A stretch of 55,413 bases of DNA from Prorocentrum cordatum (lineage: Eukaryota): assembly GCA_963575745.1 (NCBI GenBank), contig CAUYUJ010000162.1, positions 62,001-117,413 of the forward strand, in the 5' to 3' direction. Both the position numbers and the translations under genes were made by a program. Shown in pieces: positions 36,255-47,085 of the stretch. Below the pieces are notes generated by a model that saw nothing but the letters and a program-made list of their open reading frames with translations, had not been told where the DNA came from and did not search any database. Every line of letters begins with the position of its first letter. Position 1 is the first letter of the stretch.

Positions 36255-37244
36255 CCCTCGCTCTTCCAGCCACTGCGTCGCAAGGGAAGAGAAAAAACAT
36301 TTGAACAAAAAACGACATGAACTGAAACTTTGGGCGCTGCGCGCGGATCCAAGACGCGCGCAGCGCGCCGGGGGTGCCCAGCGCGGACCCAAGAAATCCG
36401 CGCGGAGCGCCCCAAAGAATATGTCTGTGGCGTTTTTTCTTCATCGACTGCAGCCTGCGCCTCGCTCTTTCAGCCAGCGCTGCGCACTGCCAGTGCTCGT
36501 CGTGTCCCAGCCTGGGAGCGCTCCCAGGGGCTCTCGCATCGCCCCACACGTCCGTCGGAGGCCCGAATTGTGATCGAGAAGCCACTGGAGGAGAAGAAGA
36601 TGGGGGGGAGAGGGAACGAGGGGAGGAGGAGGAGGAGGAGGAGGAGGAGGAAGAGGAGGAGGAGAAGGAGGAGAGAAAGGAGGGGGGAGGAGGAGGAGGA
36701 GGAGGAGGAGGAGGAGGAGGAGGAGGAGGAGGAGGAGGAGGAAAAGGGGGATGGGGGGGGGGAGAGCCGTGGCCGTCGCCGTCGCTGTCGTCGTCGCTGA
36801 GGGGACCGGCTCAGGGGGAGGGGGCACATCGACCTGGAATCGGTGATGCGTCGCTGATGGATCGGCGATGCGCCCCCGCTGGCAAGAGCGCACGGCCCTG
36901 GGCAGGGGCAAGCCATCGGGGCCCGAGAGCGGCGATCTGTGGGCGTCTTGGGGGATCGGTGCGTCCCCCCCGGAGCCCATCCCCCCCCAAACGCTGCCCC
37001 TGGCTTGCGGGTGGTGACTCGGCTCTCTGGCGGCCGCTCGCGGCGATCCAGGCACCCCCGAGACGCTGTCGGCGAGGCGCAGCCGCTGGAAGGCATCCCG
37101 AGGCTGGAACACCGCCGAGAATTCGCGAGAACGACTGGACAAAACTGTCATCTCGAGCCGTTCGGCCCCTTCACGTGGCCCCTGATCAGAGGGGGGCCTC
37201 TGCTGACCATGGCCGTGCCCCGCCCTCTCCAACGAGCAATAGAC

Positions 37245-37360
37245 CTGGGCCACGATGCAGAGGGCGATGCCGAACCCCATGTGGCCGGAGGAGGTCGTCT
37301 TCGCGGAGGCAAGCGCGCTCGCCGCCACGAGCACGATACCGAGGGTGACCAGGGAGACTC
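37245..37360 (-). CDS. SLC35F6: SLC35F6-like transporter internal exon: (G)VSLVTLGIVLVAASALASAKTTSSGHMGFGIALCIVAQ
   Basis: CAG|G acceptor and CAG|GT donor, 116 bp, phase 1/0, compatible with both neighbouring exons. Encodes two hydrophobic helical segments. Confidence 0.8.
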
Positions 37361-37619
37361 CTGCGACTGGCGGGGAAAGAAAATCGGAAAAATACAAATA
37401 ATTAGAAGAGACACGAGAAGAGCAGACATCATTAGACTACCAAGACGAATAGAAAGGTGACGAAGTATACGACTAAGAAAAACATAGAAGTCACTCGACG
37501 CGGAGGTCCCCAAAAGTGCATCTGTTTGCCCACGCCTTTTCCACCTACGAACGCGTACGTGCGAAAACATATGAACATGAACGGGTCTGAATGTGATTAC
37601 TTGGAAAGGAAGCAAGTAA

Positions 37620-39290
37620 TTATGAGTGTGAATGAGCATGAGTGGGAGTGAGTCTATGCGCATGATTGTGAGTGAATGTGAAAAGTCTGAGAGCGGGTGT
37701 GAGCGTGAGAGATCTGAGTGGATGTTCAGTGTGTGGTCTGAGAGTGAGTGTGAGTGTGAGTGTCAGAGGTCTGAGGGTCTCTTAGTGTGAGTGTGAGTGT
37801 GAGAGATATTGACGGTCTGAGTGTGAGTGTGCGCCGTCGTCGCCCTAGTCGTTGTCGTCGTCGTCGTCGTCGTCCTAGTCTTCATCTTCGTCCACCGAAG
37901 CAGTCAAATCGCCTGAAACATCCCCACAATATGGACCACTTGGGGCACGGGAACCAACGCCCCGCCTGAGACCATCCTCACACATCTGTTCTGAGCGCAG
38001 ACGAATGCGGGGTCCGAAACACGCGAATCGTCTCAGACACTCCTGCAGTTTGGGCGCGAGCGGGCCCGTGCCATACCCTCTGGCGGCTTCACTTTGGGGC
38101 GCTGAAACAAGCGCCCGCCTCAGACATCCTCACAATCTGCTCTGAACGCAGACGAGTCAGGGGTCCGAATGAGGCAAACCACCTGGGAAATCCTTGCAAT
38201 CTGGGCGCGAACGGGCCTGTGATATACCCCGTGGCGGCTCCCCCTTTGGAGTGATGAAACCGGCGCCCCGCCCCAGACGTCCTCACGTCCTGCTCCGAAA
38301 GCAAAGGATGTTGGGCACCCAAAAAAGCAAAGCGCCTGAGACATCCCCACAATTGAAGGGGCACCAGGACACACAAAGAAATACACTCAAATAGAGGGAT
38401 TCCCCATATCTTCCCATATTTTCTGGGTTTTTGTCTTCCCCCCCACTTCCCATATTTTCCCATATTTTCTGGGGAATCGAAGATTAATTGTGTCTGTGTG
38501 ATTCTTTTTCCTCCTGAACAATCTGGGCACGAATTCCGGAGTGTCCCCACCTGTGGTGGCCCCCCCTTTGGATTGCCGAAACCAGCATCTCGCCTGCGAC
38601 ATCCTCACAATCTGCTCCGAAAGCCGAAGACGTCTTGGTACACAAGAAGGCCAAACCCGCCGGAGACACGCCCACAATCTGGGCGGGAATCCTGGAGTGC
38701 CCCTACACCTGGCGGCATCCCCCTGGGAGTGCGGACGCCAGCATCTCGCCCGAGACATCCTCACGACCTGCTCCGAAAGCCAAGGGTGTTGGGCACCTAA
38801 GCTCGCCATCGCTCGGACATCCATTCCCTGTGTCTTTTTCGATTTCGTGCGTGGCTTTTTCGCCAAATGATCAAGCATGCTCCTCGATGGTCCTCGCCGG
38901 AGGAAAAATGCACACGTCCGAGCGATGCCAAACCCCTGGCGGCTCCCCACCGTGGGGTTTCCCGAAGCCACGCCGGCGGTATCGCGGTGAGCAGTGGCCC
39001 AGGCGAGTCTGAGTAGGAGTGAGTCTGAATGTGAATGAGTCTGATCTTGCCGTCGCTCGGACGTCCAATTCCCGTGCATGTTTCGGTTTCGTGCGTGTTT
39101 TTTTTGCTCGATGGTCCAGGATGGTCCTCGATGGTTCTCGCCGAGAAAAAATGCACACGTCCGAGCGATGCTAAGTGATTGCGAGCGAGTCAACGTGAGT
39201 CTGAGTGTGAGTGACTTTCAGTATGAGCGAGCCTGAGTGAGTCTGAGTGTAAATGCAGACCGAGTCTGAGTGTGAGCGGGTGTGAATGCA
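37620..39290. repeat. TGAG/TGTGAG microsatellites bracketing a ~150-bp-unit tandem repeat
   Basis: gacatcctcaca..tctgctccgaa-type units at ~37970, 38122, 38276, 38598 and 38753. TGAG tracts at 37620-37830 and 39000-39290. Confidence 0.75.
39046..39175. mobile_element. MITE family B, perfect 4-bp TSD
   Basis: TGAT on both sides, TIRs as in the 3307 copy. Confidence 0.88.
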
Positions 39291-39427
39291 CCAGGGGGGC
39301 GGGTGTGAGGTGAGGCGGAGGCGGTCGAGTCACAGCAAGAAGCCCATTTTAGGACACGGTGAATGCAACGAAGAGACATACGCACTCCGAGAGCGGAGAT
39401 CCTGCCTCAAACTCTCACGCCCCGATA

Positions 39428-39600
39428 CAGTCAACCCGTGCAGTAAGGTTGCTCGGTAAGGATGCAGGGGTCTTGGACGCCCATTTCGAAGCCTTTCGAG
39501 CGGGGCGCGGCCAACGAAAGTGGCGAAGGATAGACCGATGAGGCAAGCATGCAAGGGTACGCTTGGGAAAGTTGCCCATCCTTACAATGCGGGTTGACTG
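39428..39600. mobile_element. Tc1/mariner-type MITE (family D), TA TSD
   Basis: TA|CAGTCAACCCGTGCAGTAAGG ... CCTTACAATGCGGGTTGACTG|TA. Confidence 0.85.
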
Positions 39601-39636
39601 TAGCCTGCTTGAGCGACCTCCGCTATCCGACAACGG

Positions 39637-39751
39637 TTAAGTCAGTCAAGAAATAGTCGGGGGACTATTTGTTTGTTTTTACTATGTTCGACAATTTTGA
39701 ACTTTGGGTCTTTTGTCTCAAACCCGCCTCTAGGAGGACATGCCCGACCTA
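39637..39751. mobile_element. Internally deleted MITE family A
   Basis: ttaagtc ... ggacatgcccgacctaa. Flanks GACAACGG/GGCGACGG. Confidence 0.65.
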
Positions 39752-41891
39752 AGGCGACGGGAGTAGAGAACAGAAACGCCATCTGGTCAGCACTGGGCTC
39801 CGAGCTGCTCGAACGCCGCCAAACAAAACAGATCATTGACCCGACCCTCAGGGCCACGACGAGTCAGGGCAAGGCTCGGTGATCTCAGGCACCACATGCG
39901 CGGACCGTGCCCTTGTTTGACCCCGGCGGGAGGGGCAGGAGCGGGAGCGACACCAGGCCAACTCCCAGAGGCCTGCACGGTGGCGTCTGGGGGGGATCGG
40001 CGGGGATGTCCATTGGCCTAGAGCGCCGCGCGGGATGCCACTAGTCTTGGGGAAAACGATCGGTACCCATACAGTGGGCTTGATTGGAGAGGACACGCGA
40101 GAGGACACAAGACCCTTGCGAGAGCCACATCGCCACAGGAACGTACGAAACATGGGTCGCGAGACACAGGACACAAAAATATCCTTGATCTGGCAGGGTC
40201 GACCTACTAATCCGGGCCGCCTGTGCCGCTACTCCCCGGACCTCTCCCCCGGGCGCGCTCTGACCAGCAATGCGAGGCGAATCGAGCGAGGGGCGACGGG
40301 GGCCTTCCAGGTGGCCCAAACAGGGGAACACAGGGGGACGGGTAGCGGTAATTACGGGTACACGTCGGTCGGAAGAAGTAGGTAAAAACATGAAGTAGGA
40401 AGCCGGATTCAGTTGATTGGGTCCAGGCCCCCCCAGAGAATAACAAGCCACAGCAAAAGCGTGCCGATTCTTGAAGTAGGAAGGCGCTTGAAGTAGATTG
40501 GGATCTGGGGACCCAAAAATACCTACTTTCAACGACCCGCGTGTACATTTGCCTCCTCTGAAGCCTGCGGCGGCACTCGCAGACTGGGAGACGATCGCGC
40601 GAAAGACAGGAATGCTGGAGCCCGATGGCGAGGTCACTGAGCCCAGGGCCTGTTTCCGACCACGGACATTACAGTGCGGGCGCTGCCGCAAGAAACTCTC
40701 GCAAGGAACCCAACCCTGAAAACCCGCGCGCGAGGTGCACCTGAGAGGAAGCCCGGAGCACCCTGAACGCAGGAGCTTCCTGAGCGGCTGCGGGAAGCCG
40801 CCGCGCGGCGCGTGGAGCCAAGAGACCCAGGGTGCCCTGACGAAAAGGAGATGGTTTCTCGACGCGCGCCCCCACCGTGCCGGCGCCATCCCAGGAGTTC
40901 CATCATGATGTCGCTGATGCCGCTCCGTTGCAGACTCCTGACGTCAAAGGAGGAGGAGGAGGAGGTGGAGGAGGAGGAGGAGAAGGAGGAGGAGGAGGAG
41001 GAGGGGGAGGGGGAGGGGGAGTGAGGAGGGAGGAGGAGAGGAGGAGGAGGAGGGGGAGGAGGAGGAGGAGGAGAGAGGAGGAGGAGGAGAGGAGGAGGAG
41101 AAGAGGAGGAGGAGGAGGAGGAGGAGGAGGAGGAGGAGGAGGAGGAGGAGGAGGAGAGGAGGAGGAGGAGGAGGAGGAGGAGGAGGAGGGGGAGGGGAGG
41201 AGGAGGAGGAGGAGGGAGGGAGGAGGAGGAGGAGGAGGAGGAGGAGGATGAGGAGGAGGGAGGAGGAATCAACCCCCCCAGGAGCTGCATCCTCATGTCG
41301 CTCCGCTGCGGGCTCCCGTCCCGAGCGCCACGGAGCTCGCCCCTGGGGCCGCGGGCGGAGCTGGGCGGCGGTGGCCCCTTTGTCGCCGTGGCTGGGCGAG
41401 GCGCGGGAGCCGTGCTCTCGTGGAGGGTTCCCGGGAGGGGCCACGGGAGGAGGGAGCCGCTCATCCTCCTGATCCTCCTCCTCCTCCTCCACCTCCTCCT
41501 CCTCCTCCTCCTTCTCCTCTTTCTCCTCCTCCTCCTCCTCCTCCTCCTCCTCCTCGTCCTCCTGGGGCCACGGGAGGAGGGAGCCAGGGGAGAGCAAGGC
41601 AGGGAGAAATTACGGAGGAGAAGGGAGGGGGGTGGGATGCTGGGGCATGACGGGAAGGAGCAGGATAGCGGTAAGCGAGCAGGAGAAGGAGAGCGGGCAG
41701 GAGGAGCTTCAGACAGAGGACGAGGCAGACGGACGAGGGACGAAGAGGAGAACGAGGAGAAGAGCGGCAGCGGAAGCGCAGGAGAGGAAGAGCACGACGA
41801 GGCGGACGAGGACGAGGACGAGAAGGCAGGAAGGAGGGAGGGAGGGAGGGGCGAGATGTGGGGGAGGGATGAGACGAGGCCGTGGCCCGTC

Positions 41892-41982
41892 CTGCGATGT
41901 GGTAGCTGTGCTGCCGCCTCCCGAGGAACACCACGCTCATCGCGCAGACGAAGATCACGATCGTCCCGCGGCACATCTGGGC
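41892..41982 (-). CDS. SLC35F6: SLC35F6-like transporter internal exon: AQMCRGTIVIFVCAMSVVFLGRRQHSYHIA(G)
   Basis: CAG|G acceptor and CAG|GA non-canonical donor, 91 bp. Matches the family motif recalled as QMLRGAVIIFTGLFSVAFLGRR. Confidence 0.82.
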
Positions 41983-43339
41983 CTGGAGGCCCCGCCGTCG
42001 CTGTCCCCCCTGCCGTCTTTGTCCACCACCATCCCTTCCCCCTCTCTCTTCTCCAATCCTCCTGACCCCGCCCCCCTCCCCCCAAATTCGAGTTGGGGAT
42101 CGACTACATAGTTGATTCACCCCAGAATGTGTTTTTTGTTCGGTCGAATGTACGAACAGAAAATGTAGATGTCGAATGTTCAGTAGCTCTACTGAGTCTT
42201 GCTCGCAGATTCGACGGAAAAAGAAAGTTCGGGGTAAATCCAGTAAGTAGTCGATCCTTGAATCGACACATCGCACATCTCGTCCCCCGCTTCGGGAACC
42301 CCGTGGCGTTCTGCCCTGCTCGGGGCTTCAGGGCGGCCCGGGCCTCCTGCCACGCGGGCTGACCCTGCCTGTTCGGCCTCGCGGCTCTCACAGGAGGCCG
42401 GCTGCGCGAGTGCTGCGATCCCTTGTCCCTCCTCCTCCACGATCGCATTTTTTAATTCGCGGCCGTCACGGGCGTGATGGGGGGAGGGGGGGGGACGGGA
42501 GGGAGCATGACCTAGCGCGCGCCCCCCGCCCCCCCCCCACCCAGACTGTGGTCAGGACGCACTGCGGCAGCGCTGGGGGCGCACTGATGGGGTGGGAGCG
42601 TTACGCTATGGGGGGGGGCAGGGAAGGGGAGGGATACTGGAGACGCGCGTGATGGCCCAGAGGGTAACGAAAAAAACGCTCTCGAGGAAAGCGGCTCCTG
42701 GACCTCAGGGCCTCCCCCTCAGGGCGAGCTCCTCATTCCTCCTGCGGCGCTTGCTGACAGTCCCGGGGCCCACGGAGAAACCCGGGAAGCCAGAAACGGC
42801 GAAAAACCTCAGCACCCGCTTCCCTCGGGGCCCAACTCCATGGCATGGCGAGCCCCCGCTCCTCGCCTCCCCTCCTGCCTGGCCCGTCCGACCCCGCGCC
42901 CGCCGCGCTGAAAAAAACACCGCCCCGGGGCGCAGCCGCACCCGGAGGGTCCTTCCCGCCTCCTCCTCCTGCCGCCTCCTGCCGCAGGCCACCTCCCCGT
43001 GATCCTGCTCCTCCTCCTCCTCCTCCTGCTCCTCCTCCTCCTCCCCTCGTTCCCTCTCTCCCCCATATCTTTCTCCTCCAGTGGTTTCTCGATCACAATT
43101 CGGGCTTCCGACGGACGTGTGGGGCGAGGCGAGAGCCCCTGGGAGCGCTCCCAGGCTGGGACACGACGAACACCTTCTAAGAGGCCCAAGAAGACAAAAA
43201 CGAGGGATGGGTAACGGTATCGGATCCCATCGATCCCTCATCCTCCTCCCCCTCCTCCTCCTCTTCCTCCTCCTCCTCTTCTTGCTCCTCCTCCTCCTCC
43301 TCCTCCTCCTCCTCCTCCTCCTCCTCCTCCTCCTCCTTC

Positions 43340-45697
43340 TCGTCCCCCTCGCTGCAAGGTTTGCGGTAGTGTGCATGGTTGATGGGGTGGAGGTTGCCAC
43401 CTTTTGTGACCGCGTTGGGTCCCTGGGGGCCCAAACCTCGGGGGCCGCTGAGCACCTCGCCGCAGTCGCGGCAGGCAGGCTTTCGCCTCACGTTGACAAT
43501 ATTTACTCGGATTATTAAGGGGTGTTGCAATTGCACGGCGAGGCTGGATACCCTCGCCGTAATCAATGATCTGGTTGTAAAATGCTCGCGGGCGGAGGCT
43601 GTTTTGACCTCGGCCCCAAACTCCCGAAAGTCAAGGCTCACCAAAATCTGGAGATGCTGCCCCCCGATAATGAAGAGTTCCGTTTGGCCAGCGGCAACGA
43701 TGCCGCAGATAGGATTGCCAAGGCCGCCGCGAACCTTGGCAATCAGCCCAGTCACGACGAAGTAGAGCAGTATCAGAACGACACTGCCCTGCCTAAGAAA
43801 TACATTCGATATGTGTGTCCAAAGCCCTTGGAGAGTGGCCCGCGATAGCCCCTCGTCGTAACAAGGCGCTGGCCAAGCCCGTGAAGAGCCTCTCCCCTCC
43901 TTGGGGGGCTGCCTCGGCCTTGGCCTCCTAGGACCCTGGGGCCCCGCCGTCCGTTCCTCCCCCTCCGCCTCCTGTGGCCCCTCGCGTGACCCCGAGGGCC
44001 CACGTCTGGGCGATAGTGAATGGCCAGCGCCGATGCACGATTTGCCGCATCCGAGTCCGCACGTTCAAAGCATATGAAGAGCGATGCCGAGCAATGGACT
44101 GTCCTGGAGACTGCCCCCAGATGTCCAGCCTTGCCTCCAACCCTAGGGGGCATACTTTATTCTATTATGAGCGCCTCGACCAGCCAACGAATTTCTTGGT
44201 GTGCCATAAGTGTGGTTCCTTAAAGGAAGGCAATTCGCAAGGTTTGTCTGGCGATTGTAATTTGAGACCGCCCCATAATGGGGCTAAGCTGCAGCTGCAG
44301 AGAGCACAGTCTGGCCGTCACCCCAAGAGTGCCGCCGTCAGTCCGATTGTGCTCAGTCTCCCTCCCGTGCCGCTGGCACAGCTGCTCAGAGAGGCAGCCC
44401 GAGCCAGGCAGGAGGCCGCCCCGCCCTAGAGGACAGGTGGCCCGAACTCATCAGCCTCAACTTTGCTCTAGAGTCCAGACAGGCCCACACCATGGACGAG
44501 GCTTGCCCACCCTCCTGGCGTTATTTACACCAGGGGTGGGCAGCGCCGAGTCGTCCCGCCGTCGCCTAGGGCACTCTGCGTACGTGTGCGTGTGTGCGTG
44601 CGCGCGCGGCCCCGCACGCGTGTCAGGCACCCCGACCCAGGGGGAAGGAGCGCTAGACATTCTGTCCTTTGCGGCATGGTGCTGCAGCTGCGCCTGGGCC
44701 CGCAGCAGGTTCGATCTGGGGTGTTGTTTCGTTCTGCCTGGCGGTGCTGGTGACGCGCAGCCAGCACTGGTACCCGAGCCTAGGGTTTCCGCCAGCCAAG
44801 CGTGGCTGGCCGTCCTTTTCACTGCAGTGTGCTGTTTGGCGATACCTCGTTGCACGGCCGTGGAGCCCGCAGGCCCCTCCACGGTGACAGTGGCACAAGG
44901 GGCGCCCCCGAGGGTTCTAGGCACGGGGGTGGCGTTGGGCTGCCAATCCACCCCGACTGTGATGCTCAGCCCCACCTTTCCACCCCCCGCTCCAGTGCGG
45001 CGGAAGAATGCAACGCCGTGGCTAGGTGTGCAAACGCCACATCAGGGCCCATCCGTGCACTTGTGCGTGTGTGCGTGCGCGCGTTGCCCAGCACGCGTGT
45101 CAGGCACCCCGCTTCAGGGGGAAGGAGCGCTGCACACTCTCTTCTACGGCACAGTGCTGTATTCTGCCTAGGCCCACTGCAGGTTTCGTTCTGGGGTGTG
45201 GGTTCGCCTTGGCTGGCGGTGCTGGTTACGCAGCCAGCCCTGGAACCCGAGCCTTGGTGTTCCGTCCCGAGCCTTGGGGTTCCGTCAGTCAGGCGATGCC
45301 TAATTCCCCCTTGTTCACTGTGCGAGCTGTTTGGCGTGACCCTGTTGCACAGCTGTGGAGCGCCTGGTGGCGCCCTCCACGGTGACAGTGGCACAGGGGG
45401 AGTCCCCGTGGGTTGTCTGGGCACGGGGGTGGATTTGGGTTGCCAGTCCGCCCCGACCGTTGCTCAGCCCCACCCCTCCCCCCCCGCGATCGTGGGCGGA
45501 GGAGGTAAGGTGCTGCTGCGGCTAGGTGTGCAACGCCACATCAGGGCCCAACACCTCGTTCAGCGTCGGCAGCGTTCTGCCGTCTCAGCGGCCCCACCCT
45601 CGGCCGCTGTGGAGAATATTGGTGGCCCAGTGCCACGAGGTTTCGGGTTAGGGTCGGGTCGGCAGACCCCTAGCATCCCTCTTAGCCAAGAGAAGGC
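43340..45697 (+). mobile_element. 5'-truncated LINE remnant: RNase H, Zn-finger motifs and long 3' UTR
   Basis: QTSGAAEHLAA, IYSDY, KVKAHQ, GNDAADRIAK, then CTIC, CHKCG and GRHP, with stops and frameshifts. The 3' UTR contains a ~490-bp tandem duplication. Confidence 0.85.
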
Positions 45698-47085
45698 CCT
45701 CCTCCTCCCCCTCCCCCTACCCCTCCTCCTCCTCCTACTCCTCCTCCTCCGCCTCCTCCTCCTCCTGCTCCTCGTCCTCCTCCTCCTCCTGCTCCTCTTC
45801 CTCTTCCTCCCACATCCTCCTCCTCCTATCCTCCTGCCCCATCCTCCTCCCCCATCCTCCTCTCCCACCCTCCTCTCCCATGTTCCCCCCCCATACCTCC
45901 TCCCCCATCCCTCCCCTCCTCCTCCTCCTCCCCTCCTCCTCTCCTCCCTCCTCCTTTCTCCTCCGCCTCCTCCTCCTCCCTCCTCCTCCTCCTCAAAACA
46001 AACTTATCCTCGCCCTCCTCCTCCTCCGCCTCCTCCTCCTCCTACTTCGCCTCCTCCTCCTCCTCCTCCTCCTCCTCCCCCTACCCCTCCTCCTCCTCCT
46101 ACTCCTCCTCCTCCTCCCCCTGCTCCCACCATCCCGCCCGCCCCCCTCTCCCACCACCCCCCTCCCCCGATTGTCGGGCCTGATTGGAGAGGGCACGCGA
46201 GGAGGACACAGGACCCTTCCGAGGGCTGCACACTGCCGCAGGAATGTAGAAGGCACGGGTCGCGAGACACGCGACACAAGGGTGCCCTCGACTTGGCAGG
46301 GTCGATCTACCCACTAAGCAAGGCCGACTGTAAGACGAAGCCAAGACGAGGGCACATTCGGGTAAGGATACCTCGGGAATCTCTGCGATCCCGCGGCTCT
46401 GCCGGATGCATCGGGCGCCACGGTCTTCTCAGAGCGTTCTGGAACGATCTGAGAGCGTTCTGGAAAGCTCTGGGATGGAATTGTTATCGTCCTAGCCCCG
46501 TCCGACCAGAGGTCTCGAACCATTTCTCGGGACTGGTGTTCTATCTGGAAATGTTTGTTTACGGTACCGAGGCCTGGTAGGGGCCCCTAAAGGCTGAAAG
46601 TAGCGACAAAGCGTCAGTCGTGATTGTTTCACGACGCGAGGGGATCTGCGGGGCGGTTGCCTCAGTCCAGTGCTTGTAGTTGTCTCTTCCTCGCCCATGA
46701 TTATACTGGCCCTCACTGCCCTCGTCCCAGCCCCGCCCGAGCCCCCCCCCGTCGACCTCCCATCCCCTGCCTCCCCGGAGGGAAACAGGCCGATACAGTG
46801 GAGGCCAGTCCACAAGAAACCTGTCACAAGAAACCCAACCCTGAGATCCCAGGACGTCCTTTGGTGTTTGGTGTGGGAACGTCACGCGTTCAATCGCAAG
46901 ACCATCGAAACCCCAGGGCACCATGGAGGCAAGCAGGGTGTCTCTTGGCATGGGCCCCCACTGTAGGCAAGGCAGGCAGCACATACGGCGCGAGAGGACC
47001 AGAGGGGGAGCCGTGGGAGGGAGGCGGCCGTGGGAGGGAGAGGCAGCAGGGGACGCGAGGATGCCTGGGAAGGGTCCTCCTGCGT

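Noticed and set aside
40870..40942. Exon-like stretch SLQRSGISDIMMELLGWR on the minus strand
   Set aside because: The flanking transporter exons already join in phase without it, and I recognise no homology.
46560..46590. Candidate upstream transporter micro-exon (…YQASV)
   Set aside because: No donor gives the required phase and length, so this is likely chance.
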